Assembly: GCA_030390025.1 (NCBI GenBank)
Contig: CM059432.1
Span: 24,368,001-24,432,000, forward strand
Direction: 5' to 3'
Source: Squalus acanthias
Taxonomy: Eukaryota
DNA length: 64,000 nt
The notes beneath the pieces are model-generated. The model ran no database searches and was not told where the DNA came from. It worked only from the letters and a program-made list of their open reading frames with translations. The translations under genes and the position numbers were made by a program. Position 1 is the stretch's first letter. Each line of letters starts with the position of its first letter. Positions 52,326-64,000 of the stretch are shown piece by piece.

Positions 52326-52363
52326 TCACAAGCTTTCGGAGCGGCTGCTTCTTCGTCAGGTGA
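52326..52363 (-). ncRNA. Minimal type I hammerhead ribozyme motif
   Basis: Revcomp TCAC-CTGACGA-A-GAAGC(AGCC)GCTCC-GAAAGCTT-GTGA; one stem II mismatch. Confidence 0.65.
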
Positions 52364-52459
52364 AGTGAAGAAATACAAATGGGCACAGCATATATAGACA
52401 GAGAACAATGCCTGTGCAGAGAACAAGATCTTTCTGACTGCCCTTTATCACACCTCACT

Positions 52460-52497
52460 TCACCTGATGAAGGAGTAGCCGCTCCGAAAGCTTGTGA
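52460..52497 (+). ncRNA. Minimal type I hammerhead ribozyme motif
   Basis: TCAC-CTGATGA-A-GGAGT(AGCC)GCTCC-GAAAGCTT-GTGA. Confidence 0.75.
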
Positions 52498-53027
52498 TTT
52501 CAAATAAAACAGTTGGACTATAACCTGGTGTTGTGCGACTTCTCACTTTTGTCCACCCCAGTCCAACACCGGCATCTCCACATCACTTACATGCTCAATA
52601 GACCTGCAAAATTTGTTCCAAAACTTCAAAACACAAAGTTCTGGCATCAGCCTTGTTACAGATCCACTTTTATGCTGCAGGTGCAGCTGTCAAGAGTTCA
52701 GGTAGTTGCTGAACCCGGCACAATCGGCTGGAGTGTTTGTCACATGACGTGCAACACGCTGAAAATGTAGTAAAATGGGAAGAGCCTGTAAAAATGGGAT
52801 TATGTAGGCAGTTAACAAGCTGCCTTAAGTGCCTCTCCCGCCGCTTGGTGTCGGGTCTGATTAGGACTCGCAGACCCGACACTTTGCAAAGTTGCGTGGA
52901 GGTGGGATGGTGGCAGGCTCGCAACCCGCCGTCAATCATTTAGATTTTCACTCTTGACCTGCCTCCAAACCCGCCCTCTGAGCAAAATCGCGGCCAACAT
53001 GTTTGGCACATTTAGTAGAAAATCATT

Positions 53028-53194
53028 GGGGGTGAAATTGGTCTTCGTTAGTAGCGTGAAACATGCTCATAGCAAGTTGACAGGCTCTTTTACATGGTGA
53101 ACCATTTCCTTTACCATTGAAGTCAATGAAAAGAAAATCGAGTGTGATGTTATGAGCATGTTTCTTGATACTGGCGATGACCAATTTCACCCCT
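53028..53194. mobile_element. Tiny Harbinger-type MITE (~167 bp)
   Basis: 15-bp TIR GGGGTGAAATTGGTC/GACCAATTTCACCCC, flanked by ATT. Confidence 0.8.
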
Positions 53195-53544
53195 ATTATG
53201 TGAACTGTGTGCTACAGCAGGTTAAAACACTGTCATTTTGTTTCCAGGACTTGGGTATGAATATACCTAAGATTGGTGAGATCGCTCCCATTGGTGTAAA
53301 GAGTCCTGTGTTGTGTGAGTCTGGGGCAGTCTGAACTTGATTTCCATTAGCTAGTATCTAATGTCTGCCGCAGCAAATATTTGGTATGGTGGAGCAGTGT
53401 GTGCACAATGTTGTGACTTACCAATTTAAAAAAAAGTTCATTCATTACTAAGACCTCAAAGTGAGTATGTTTGAGCTCCTTATCTTCCTCAGCTTTCCTT
53501 TACTCCTATTAAAACCCAGACCCCAGTGATAGTCTGGAATTATG

Positions 53545-56345
53545 GAAATCTGGGGCTCTTTTCTCTAGAAAAGAGAAGGCTGATGGGTGACCTGATCGAG
53601 GTCTTTAAGATTATGAAAAGGTTTGATAAGGTAGACGTAGAGAAAATGTTTCCACTTGTGGGGAGACCAAAACTAGGAACCATAAATATTACATAGTCAC
53701 CAATAAATCCAATAGGGAATTCAGAAGAAACTTCTTTACCCAGAGAGAAGTTAGAATGTGGAACTCGCTACCACAGGGAACGGTTGAGGCGACGAGCATA
53801 GTTGCATTTAAGGGGAAGCTAGATAAACACATGAGGGAGAAACAAATAAAAGGTTATAGATACATAGATAGATAGAAGATAGGAGCAGGAGTAGGCCATC
53901 CGGCCCTTCGAGCCTGCTCCGCCATTTAATGAGATCATGGCTGATCCTCCAATTCAGTATCCCGTCCCCGCCTTCTCTCCGTAACCCTTAACCCCTTTTG
54001 CCTGTAGAAATATATCTAATTCCCTCTTAAATATATTTAATGAGCTGGCGTACACTGCCCTCTGTGGCAATGAGTTCCACAGGTTCACCACCCTCTGAGT
54101 GAAGAAATTCCCCCTCATTTCTGTCCTAAATGGTTTAGCCCTTATCCTTAAATTATGTCCTCTAGTTCTGTTCTCACCCGCCAAGGGAAACATTCCTTCT
54201 GCATCTAGTCTGTCTAGACCTGTCAGAATTTTATACACTTCTATGAGGTCCCCTCTCAATCTTCTAAACTCCAGTGTGTACATCCCTAAACTACATAGTC
54301 TCTCCTCATATGTCAATCCCGCCATTCCTGGTATCAGCCTGGTGAATCGCCGCTGCACCCCCTCCATGGCAAGAACATCTTTCCTCAGATGAGGCGACCA
54401 AAACTGTACACAGTACTCGAGGTGTGGTCTCACCAGTGCCCTGTACAGCTGCAGCAAGGTATCCCTGTTCCTGTATTCCAACCCTTTTGCTATGAAGGCC
54501 AGCATACCGTTTGCCTTCTTGACCGCCTGTTGCACCTGCATGCTCGCCTTCAGTGACTGGTGTACAAGAACACCCAGGTCTCTCTGTACTTGCCCCTCTC
54601 CCAATTTATTGCCATTTAAATAATAATTTGCCCTCCCGTTCCTGCACCCAAGGTGGATAACTTCGCACTTGTCCACATTATAGTGCATCTGCCATTTATC
54701 CGCCCAATCACCCAGTCTGTCCAAATCGCTCTGGAGCTTCCTGGTCTCCTCCTCTGAGCCCACCCCCCCTCCTAGCTTAGTGTCGTCTGCAAATTTGGAA
54801 ATGCTGCATCCGACTCCCTGATCCAGGTCATTAATGTAAATTGTGAACAGCTGGGGACCCAGGACAGATCCCTGTGGTACCCCACTTGTTACTGCCTGCC
54901 ATTCAGAAAATGAGCCGTTTATTCCAACTCTCTGTTTTCTATCTGACAGCCAGTTCTCTATCCACGTCAATACTTTCCCCTTTATCCCATGAGCTTCAAT
55001 TTTCCATGCTAATCTTTTATGTGGGACCTTATCGAAGGCCTTTTGGAAGTCCAGGTACACCACATCTACTGGCTCTCCCCCATCTATTTTACCAGTTACT
55101 CCCTCAAAAAATTCCAATAGATTAGTCAAGCACGATTTACCCTTTGTAAATCCATGTTGACTCTGTCCTATCCTGTCCCCATTTGCTAAGTGCTCCGCTA
55201 TTTCATCCTTAATGATGGACTCCAGCATTTTGCCCACAACTGATGTAAGGCTTACAGGTCTGTAATTACCTGCTTTTTCCCTACCCCCCCTTTTTGAATA
55301 GTGGGGTAACGTTAGCTACCCTCCAATCCATGGGCACTGTTCCCGAGTCTAATGAATTCTGAAAAATCATACTTAGTGCATCCGCTATCTCTAGGGCCAC
55401 CTCCTTCAGTACCCTAGGATGCATGTTATCAGGCCCTGGGGATTTGTCCGCCTTCAATCCCTTTAGCTTCCTTAACACCATATCCTTAGAGATATTGATT
55501 TGCGTCAGTTCCTCCTTTGCCAATGTCCCTATTTTTCCCGATATCCCAGGGAGGTTTTTTGTGTCTTCCTTCGTAAAGACTGACCCAAAGTATGCATTTA
55601 GTTGGTCTGCCATTTCCTTATTTCCCGTTATATATTCCCCCGTATCTGACTGCAATGGGCCAACTTTGGTTTTCACCAGTCTTTTCCTCTTGATATACTT
55701 ATAAAAGCTTTTGGAGTTAGTTTTTATATTTTCCGCCAGCTTGCTTTCGTAAGCTATTTTGCCCCTCTTGATTAAGCCCTTTGTCCTCCTTTGCTCTATC
55801 TTAAACTGTTCCCAATCTTCCGCTCTGGCGCTTTTTTTTGGCTATTTTATACGCCCTATCTTTGGATTTTATGCTGTCTCTAATTTCCCCTGTTATCCAC
55901 GGTTGAGTCACCTTTTTAGATTTCCTTTTATGCCAGATTGGTATAAACAATTTTTGCAATTTTGTCATTCTATCTTTAAATGCTTGCCATTGTTTATCTA
56001 CCTCCAGTCCTCCCAGGAACGTTGTCCAATCAGACCTACTCAGTTCCCGTCTAATGGCATCATAATTCCCCTTGTTTAAATTCAGGACCTTAGTCTCTGA
56101 GTCAATTTCTTCGCTTCTCATTGCACAGTACCCAGTCCAATATAGCCTGTTCCCGAGTTGGTTCCTCGACATATTGATCCAGATAACCATCCCTTAAACA
56201 CTCAAGGAATTCCTCCTCCTCATTATTTTTACTGATAGAGTTAGATGAAGATGGGCTGGAGGAGGCTCATGTGGAGCATAGAAGCAGCCTGAACCAGTTG
56301 GGTCGAATGGTCTGTTTCTGTGTCGTAAATTCTATGTAATTCTAT
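53545..56345 (+). mobile_element. Old CR1 3' end (53545-53856, 56236-56345) split by a younger CR1
   Basis: LGLFSLEKRRLMGDLIEVFKIMK..FKGKLDKHM; 3' UTR and (TTCTATG)-like tail resume after 56236. Confidence 0.75.
53857..56235 (-). mobile_element. Young CR1 LINE ~2.4 kb (APE end, tether, RT)
   Basis: ORFs 55801-56190, 55281-55676 and 53954-55237 (427 aa open RT); tail revcomp (ATAG)n. Confidence 0.95.
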
Positions 56346-57199
56346 GCAATCCTGTAGCATAACAGATAAAGGGGTCTTGTGACCTTTCGAGCCATTGGCT
56401 ATGCAGTACACCTGGTGGAGCTGGACTGCAGGTTGGGTTGCCACATGTTGCATTTTTCAGTGATGGCTTCCTTTCATGGTAAGTCAGATGATAAGATATT
56501 TTACAATAATATGAGTATTATACAATGTAGCCCATACTGTATTATTCTGCTCAAAGTTTTGAGGGTAGTCTGGAAACAATGAGGTGCATGCAGGGTTTGA
56601 CAATATTGAAATGGGATCTTGCAGCATTGAGCGGAGTGGCCCAAGCTAATGTGACATGATTCATTCCTGACCTGCACTGGCCAGTTCTCAATCACCAGGT
56701 GCCTCCCAATAAGTTCCCAGGCCATCAGCATAGGTCCTGGCCTGAAGCCTGCATACAGTCAGCAAGGTGTTTTTCACATTTAAACAGGCTGGGACTAGCC
56801 GAGAGCATTCCTAGGACAATTATATAAGTACATAATTAGGTGAGGGCTGATAGTTAGGAACAAGCCAGGTGGAACGGTAAATACGTTTGGGCTGGGAACA
56901 GAGATTTGTTTCACTTGGCTAGTCTCTGCTTTCAATATACATGTGAATCCCAATGAATATGTCACCCAATCAGATGGATGAAATTATCTTGAGGTGGCAC
57001 ATATTTGCATATCAGCCAGTTAACTGCACGGATTTTAGATACGTTTATAAATCAGTACATCTGACTATGATTATGTGCAAAACAAATGCGTTATACAGAA
57101 ACATTATACAGAAACATTACTAGGAAGTGTTCAAGGAAGTATGTGATGGTACACATTCTACAAATCTTTTAATGCATTTATTTAATATATATACATCAG

Positions 57200-57506
57200 T
57201 CCCAAACCCGCAACCTCTACCACCTAGAAGGACAAGGGCAGCAGGTGCATGGGAACACCACCACATGCAAGTCCCCCTCCAAGTAACACACTATCCTGAC
57301 TTGGAAATATATCGCCGTTCCTTCATCATCGCTGGGTCAAAATTCTGGAACTCCCTCCCTAACAGCACTGTGGGAGTACCTTCACCACACAGACTGCAGC
57401 GGTTCAAGAAGGCAGCTCACCACCACCTTCTCGAGGACAATTAGGGATGGGCAATAAATGCTGGCCTTGCCAGTGACACCCACATCCCATGAATGAATAA
57501 ATAAAA
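57200..57506 (+). mobile_element. 3' end of the 34430-38490 LINE family
   Basis: PNPQPLPPRRTRAAGAWE...FKKAAHHHLL; tail ATGAATGAATAAATAAAAA. Confidence 0.88.
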
Positions 57507-58802
57507 AGTTGATTTGCTGTGGTGTTGGGCATGGCGAGTTCAGGTTTTCCAGTGTTAGAGAATGGGGAATAATTGGGCCAGGGAGCAAAGATGTAAAGTA
57601 GCCCCCATTTTAAAGTCCTTTGGAGATGGGCTAGGTGAAAGGCATTAAAGCCTGTATCTTTCAGGTGTCCCCTCCAAAATGGATGCCCTGCCAGTGAAAC
57701 TACAGAAAAATGTAGGAGGAGTGGTAGGAATGCCCTCTCCCACCTCATTTGACCGACTATGATTTGTCTGGGCCTATTGAAGTCTCAGGCACTCGCACTC
57801 TCTCAGGGTGGGGGGCGGGGGGGGGGGGCAGGGGGATTCTTGGAAATCCTGGGAACATGTAAAGGTGAGGAAACTTGACATCATGGGTCTCCATCCTTAT
57901 ATCCCTTCATTTGCACCTGGGGCAAAAAAGCACTTAAGACTGCAAAGTTGACTCCATGAACTCCAAGTTTGAGAACATATCTTTAGTGCGCCAACAAAAG
58001 CAAATCAGCAGGACGCCGTGAAGAGAGAAATAATTAATGGCCTATTTATATTGCAGAACTGCTTTACGAAACAGTTCTGCAATATTGCCTGAGGGCTCCA
58101 GTGTTGTGAAAATCACCCCATTTGTATCATGGATGGATTCCATAGCGCCAGAATAACAGAAAAAACTACTGCACATTTGTTTTAACATAATGATTCATGA
58201 CTTTGAAGCTGGCTGTGTACCTTTGCTAATGGCTATATATGTAGAGCAGAAAACCTCACTGGCTTGCACAGTCAGGTTAAGCCACTCAACTTGCCAGAAA
58301 ATAAGGTGGCCTTCATCTCTGACACTGTTTATAACACTTCTGGGGCATTGCTGCCTTCAGAGGTGCTGCTGAAAACCATCTACTTATAAGTGGGTCTCAG
58401 ACCCTCGGGAGGCAGCATCACTGCTTCACTTACTTTACCATGTTGTCACCAAAGTCAGAGGTGGTGTCGGCGGGAGCACAGTAAAGTAAATAAGGTATTA
58501 ACATAATTCCTCAGTGATGGATATTCCACCTGGATTTTGTTGCTGGAAGAGCTCATGGATAGGAAAGACAGGAAGTGGGACAGAAACACAAAGCGAAATT
58601 TAGCTCTGGCAGTCAAAACCATGAACCTCGCGGATCTCAGAATAAGGAAGAATAGTGAAGGGAAGCTTAAGGAAGAATAGTGAAGGGAAGCTAACAAAGA
58701 TAGGAAAATATAAGGGCGCTGAACTGGAGCGCAGTGAACTATTTGCTCGCTGAACTTGTGCTGGGCAACCTCACCGTATTTCCTGAGGACAGCCATGTTG
58801 TG

Positions 58803-59031
58803 TGACATGAATCTTGTCATTCATGTGGAAATGACTTATGAAATAATACTGGGCGGCCTGCTGGTGGCGCTGTCCAGGGAGAGTATAAATACTCGGGCAT
58901 GGGCCCAGCTTGCTCAGGACATTCCTTAACAGGAACTAGTGAAGGACACAACTAGATCTCCATGTTGAAAAACAGTTGATTAAAGCTTTGCTTAACGCTT
59001 AGACCAAGTGCCTAGTAGTTTTCTTACGTCA
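58803..59031 (+). mobile_element. Solo LTR (229 bp)
   Basis: TGAC...GTCA, 5-bp TSD TTGTG, TATAAATA, ATTAAA poly(A)-like signal. Confidence 0.85.
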
Positions 59032-60586
59032 TTGTGTATGCACAACGAGCTCCCGGCCCGCATGTGGCTTGCCGGTGGGATCTCGCTGTCAACGGGAGGG
59101 TGGGAAATAGAGCTATCTAAAATAACTGCTCAAGGATGCAGACCACATCCATTCTCAGGAACAGATGAGGGATGGGCTTTTTATGGCTCATGGGGGGAGT
59201 CACTCCCCATTACCTCACAGGGGACCTGAACACAGGTAGCACCACTGCCCTGTCAGACAGATGTGAAAATGTTTAATAGCCTCATGAGGTCTGTCAAAAA
59301 AAGTCGAGCCAGTGTTATACTCTACCAAGTGTGTGAGCAAATTAAGCAAATCACAAAGAGTTTCCTCTCACCATGTTAAACCATGACCGTGGCTGTATAC
59401 TAAAGGGAAACAACACATCCACACCAGCAAGCCAGCCACACTTCTCAAATAAGAATGGTTGTGCCAGACACCCACTGCAGCAGCAGACATAGTACTGTAG
59501 AAGCAGTTGTAGCACATCTTTTGACACAGCACAAGGAGGTAGAGAGCTGCCTCACTTGGAAAAGGCTCCTACTGACACCAAGGAGCTGGCCACTTCACTT
59601 AGAGTACCTAGAAGGAGCACAAGGTTAAGCGCTAAATCATATAAAACATTCAGGGGCAAAAAAAACCGCAGCCTTCTGGCACAATCCCGCTGTAATGGCT
59701 GGGTTCTCGATTTATTGGAGGGTGATCTTTGACTTCCGCCCGTTTTTGCTAGCATGAGGCTCGAGCCATTTTGACTCCCAGACCTTGTTTAAATGGCACC
59801 AACGCGTGGTAGGTACCAGGTGGACGCCCTACTGCAGCTCACCCCTTTGTGGGAAGGTGTCAAATCAGCTGGCTCCCAGACTGAGCGGTCAGCAGGTCAG
59901 GTCTAAGGGAGCGGAGGTGATCCAGGGGTGGCCTCGAATGGGTCAGCAGCAGCTTTTGCATGTCCAGAAGGAGCAATCCTGCTCCTCCCAGCACCACCAA
60001 AAAATAAATTAACGCTTGCCAAGGCTGCTCATCACCTGGCATAACTAAGCAGAGTGCGTATGGAGCACCGGCTACCCATTTGTACCTGAAAATTGTAATC
60101 AGGATCCTACAACTGGCAATTTGCATATTCAAACAGCCTCCGGCATGATTCAGGTCAAAGGGCTGCTCATCTAGTTACAAGACCACCTGAAACTTTCATC
60201 GAGCAGGTCTTTAGTGTTAATGGAGGTAAAAAACGGGTGGCCGGCAATTGAAAATTGTTGCCACGGAGTCACTGGTCAATGATCATCAGTGGGTGGATCT
60301 TGGCATTTACACTGGGATCAAAGGCCTGTGGGTTTTTGGCTCTTCACTGTTCGCAAAGCGAAGCACCAGCGCAAAAGAACACTTGCAAACTTCATTTTTA
60401 CGGTATCAAATTTGGTTGCACTTTATTTCAACTGTGTGCAGAGAGTTTTCTTACGATTATGCAAAGTCAGGTTTTAACAAATTATAGATTGGCTTCCCTG
60501 GTAGTTGTGTTGCTGCAGCGTCCAATGTTGTTGACGGTGTCCTGGCCACTACATTGTTCACAGGTGAAGAGCATTTTTAATACATT

Positions 60587-61339
60587 GGTCTGGAATTTGC
60601 ATTAAGAATAACGGTGAGGCTAACAGCGCTCACCGTTATTATGGAGTAAATCGGACAGCAACTTCCGGAGTCTGCACATACGCAGTTAAATGCGGAAATC
60701 CGGAAGCTGCTGTCCAATTTGCCCAGCTCCTCCACAAGCTACCTACACCGATACCTCCCTCAGAGACTCAGCATTGAAATCCATGTAAGGGCATGAAGTT
60801 ACTGTACTTACCCACAAGATACCCACTAAACACGCCAGAAAAAGTTAGGGCTGGTGCAAGTGAATTATTAATGCGTGATAAGTCTTAATTAGTGCCAAAC
60901 AACCTCTCTAGCACTGAAAATTTAATTTTACAAGTGTGGAGTGTCATTGCTTCAGATTATTGTTGGAGATTTAAAAAAAAAAGTTTTTACTTTTCTTTCT
61001 GTCTCTTTTATCTCTCACTCTTAATTCCATCTTTATTTCCATCTCTTTATTTCACTTTCTGTGCATGATTTTACAAAGAATTAAATATTGTAATTTATAC
61101 TTCCTGCTTTAGACTCTGCGTGACTCAGTGAGGATTCTTCAATCTGATTGGTTGAAGAGACACGCTTTTGCTTCCCTTGCTCACACATGTCACAGATCCC
61201 CTGTAGAGGGCGCTGCACTGGAAATGATCTCTAAATACTGTAAGTTGCCGCTCAAAAGCGCGAGAAAAGTCTGTGGGCAACTGTAAGCGTAATAAATGAT
61301 GAGCGCCGTTTCTTCACAGCTGACCGCAAAATCCAGGCC
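60587..61339. mobile_element. Harbinger-type MITE (753 bp)
   Basis: TIR GGTCTGGAATTTGC / GCAAAATCCAGGCC, TSD ATT. Confidence 0.8.
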
Positions 61340-61642
61340 ATTGAATTTAATGCGGCTCTTAGTGAAAGGCTTTGTTTACGAGAGCCTGCTGTATGCCTTT
61401 TGTTGCCTGCAAAGGAAATTCTATGTAAGGATATTTTCCGGCTCTTCTTCAGGGTCTTGGCTGCAGGTGGGCTCCTCCTGCTCCAAGAAACCTTTGGCTT
61501 TGCTGTATCTTTGCTCAGACGCTGTACACAGTAGTTTCAATGGTGTCAGAACCTTGGCTGAAGAGGGTAGCCTTAGTTTCCTAGATCCATTCTTGCTTCA
61601 CCTTCAAAAGACCTGGAAAAAAGGAATCGTTTTAAACACCTT

Positions 61643-63790
61643 GGGCTAGGAATTTGTTATAGCCAAGGAATGGTGAATTAGCATCAGGTGAAAATCATCT
61701 CGACTGCACGCAAAATACATCCTCACTCCTCATTAAAATGATTGAAGCCATAAATCTAATCTAAAAACCCAAGTTCAGTGGCGTTACACTGAAAAAATGA
61801 ACAATATTGGGTGTAGTCTAAACGCAAGTAATGATTGCCAGAGGCTTTTTTCACTGCTTAAAGGGGAGGTCCATTGATGCTGCAGCACCTCATTCTCAGC
61901 ATTTTTGGGTGTATAGCTGCCTCAACAACAATAAGAAGAAGGACAAAGAGAAGGAGCACTTATTTACAAATTCTGATGGCAGATCAACACTCCAGGGAGA
62001 GAGCCCGGAGGTTTTCCGAGGAAGCTTTGGAGGCATTGGTTTTAGTGGTAGAGAGAAGGTGGATGGTCCTGTATCAACAAGTCTGCTGGATTATGTGGAG
62101 GGAGGTGTCACACCATGTCATGGGCAGCACCTGTCGTCCCCAGGTCCCACACCCAGTGGAGGAGGAAGTTTAACGAGCTCACACAGGTAGTCAGGGTGAA
62201 TGAAGGCTTCAACAAATGCTACATACCACCATCTGTATCACAAGCTTCACACACTGCTCAATGTACCACACCCCCAGAACTCACCCACCAACAATCTCTA
62301 CCTAACAACACTCACACCCACATCTCACATCTTGCACACAATGACAGCTAATCAACTATGGCAGGCACAAGGGTCTTTAGTTATTAGAATTCATGTGATA
62401 TGTGTGATATGTTTATAGATAAATTTATTAATGGTGTTTGGAATAATTTGTGGTCTCTCTCATTTCATCTTTTTGCCCAGGAGGATGCTGTGATACACCA
62501 TGAGACAGAGATTGTATGATGGGAATGTGGTGAGCTATGGGGAAGTGAGGTTTCATTCATGTCAGTCGGAGTCTGATGAGTCGGTCAAGGACAGCCCGTC
62601 CAGAAGGCCAATTGTCTTGCTGCCTCTGCCCTCCCTCCTGATCCTCCTCCTCATCCTCGTCCTCCTCCTCCTCATCCTCCTCCTCCTCTTCATCCTCCTC
62701 CTCCTAGTTCTTTTCCTCCTCCCCCTCTCCCTCATCCTCCTGAGGTCATCCCGCAATCCCTGGTGGCAAGGGCTGCGCCCTCATGATGGCCAAGTTGTGG
62801 AGCTTGCAGCAGACCACCATGAAATGGGTTACCCGCTCTGGCGAGTACTGGAGGGCTCCTCCTGAGCGGTCAAGGCAGCAGAACTGTTGCTTCAGTAGGC
62901 CGATGGTCTGCTCGGTGATGTTCCTGGTGGCAGCATGGCTCTCATTATATGAGTGCTGAGCAAGAGTGTTGGGGCGCGAAGGGGAGTCTCTGAGCTTGAT
63001 GTGGTGGCTGAAAGAGTGCTGGCACACCAGTCTGCCGCAGGATGAAGGCATCGTGGCTGCTGCCAGGATAACGGGCATTGACGGTGAGGATTCGCTGTGT
63101 GTGGTCGCACTCCAACTGCACATGAAGTGAGTGGTAGCCTTTGCGGTTACCGAAGATCTCAGGATTGTTATATGGTGCCCACAAAGCCATGTGGGTACAG
63201 TCAATGGCGCCCTACACCATGGGGAATCACGCTATCCTGGCAAAGCCACGTGCACGCTCATCCTGCTTCTCTCTGGTGCTGGGGAAGCCAATGTAGTCCC
63301 TTCTACTGTAGAGAGCCTCACTGACATCCTGGATGTAGCGATGGATGGCGAACTGCGAGCTGTTAGCTATGTCTCCTGTGCAGGCTGGAAGGATCTGCTG
63401 GCAAAGAAATTGAGGACGACGGTGACCTTGACTGCCACTGGGAGAGCCGTGGTCACCCTGGTCTGAGGCTGGAGGTCTGGTTGCAGGAGGTGGCAGAGTT
63501 CTGTGACTACCTCCTTGGTGAAGCGAAGCCTTCTAATACACTACTCCTCGTTTAATTGAAGGTAGGACACGTACTCTCGGAATACCCTGGGAGGGTAAGG
63601 CCTTCTGTTGAGAGCCCGGATAACCCTCCTCCTCCCTCTGTGCACAGGTTCCCGTCTTTCTTGCTGCCTCCGCTTCCTCCACCATTGATCCTGGAGGGCA
63701 AGGTTGACTGCCAGCACAGCCCCATTAAACTTAGCAAGTGTTGCAGTTTGAATCATTCCAGAACTAATTATGCAGCTTTGTACTTGCCAA
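61643..63790. mobile_element. Partial Harbinger element: Myb exon 1 remnant (+, ~61975-62195) and transposase pseudogene (-, ~62562-63726)
   Basis: Left end [85 protein letters not shown]; (CTC)n acidic tail at 62630-62745. Confidence 0.85.
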
Positions 63791-63792
63791 AA

Positions 63793-64000
63793 ATGTGTGG
63801 GTTAGGTTGATTTGGCTATGATAAATTGACCCTTAGAGTTAGGGGGGATTAAATATGTGGGGTTATTGGGATATGTTAGGGGGAATTAAATACGTGGGGT
63901 TACGGGGGTAGGGTGGGATATGTGTACTGTGGGGATTAAAGCAGGGACAGGGTACTGGATTTGGATGATCAGCCATGATCGTATTGAATGGCGGAGCAGG
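63793..64000 (+). mobile_element. HE1-like (V-SINE) fragment followed by a CR1-type 3' UTR, running off the window
   Basis: GTGTGGGTTAGGTTGATT..GGCTATGATAAATTGACCCTTAG followed by GATCAGCCATGATCGTATTGAATGGCGGAGCAGG, which is shared with CR1 3' ends here. Confidence 0.55.

Larger units (their letters stand above)
52273..52583. mobile_element. Penelope-like inverted pLTR insertion
   Basis: Inverted arms ~52274-52370 and ~52455-52549, extra tail GTCCACCCCAGTCCAACACCGGCATCTCCACATC, 13-bp TSD CACTTACATGCTC (52260-52272, 52584-52596). Confidence 0.85.
48236..52995. mobile_element. Full-length but decayed Harbinger transposon (4.76 kb including inserts)
   Basis: Perfect 12-bp TIR GGCCGCGATTTT/AAAATCGCGGCC, TSD AAC. 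Myb gene on plus, transposase on minus. Confidence 0.92.

Noticed and set aside
48399..59031. Single 10.6-kb provirus bounded by the two LTRs
   Set aside because: Each LTR has its own distinct TSD (CTGAC vs TTGTG), and no gag/pol lies between them.
58480..60250. Additional very old Harbinger-like remnant around the second LTR
   Set aside because: Only a faint Myb-like trace; no TIR pair or TSD could be verified.
62500..62865. Poly-Leu membrane protein or Arg-rich protamine-like ORF
   Set aside because: Alternative frames of the (GAG)n acidic tail of the transposase.

Overview
Repeat-dense, AT/GC-mixed vertebrate DNA, most likely intronic or intergenic sequence of a cartilaginous fish. This is inferred from HER1-type CR1 LINEs, a Deu-domain SINE and an HE1-like SINE. 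No host protein-coding gene can be confidently called; there are only a few weak plus-strand exon candidates. The window is a deeply nested graveyard of mobile elements. (1) About 13 PIF/Harbinger DNA transposons: two near-complete two-gene elements (10384-14553, 48236-52995) carry a 3-exon Myb/SANT-like gene convergent with a HARBI1-type DDE transposase, and the rest are partial elements and MITEs with 3-bp TSDs. (2) Many CR1 LINE fragments, two RTE LINE 3' halves, L2 fragments and a second CR1/L2-group LINE. (3) Two 229-bp solo LTRs, each with its own 5-bp TSD. (4) Three short Penelope-like insertions carrying four minimal type I hammerhead ribozyme motifs, with compensatory base changes between copies; this is the most notable structured-RNA signal. 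Coordinates of degenerate elements are approximate and no database searches were run.
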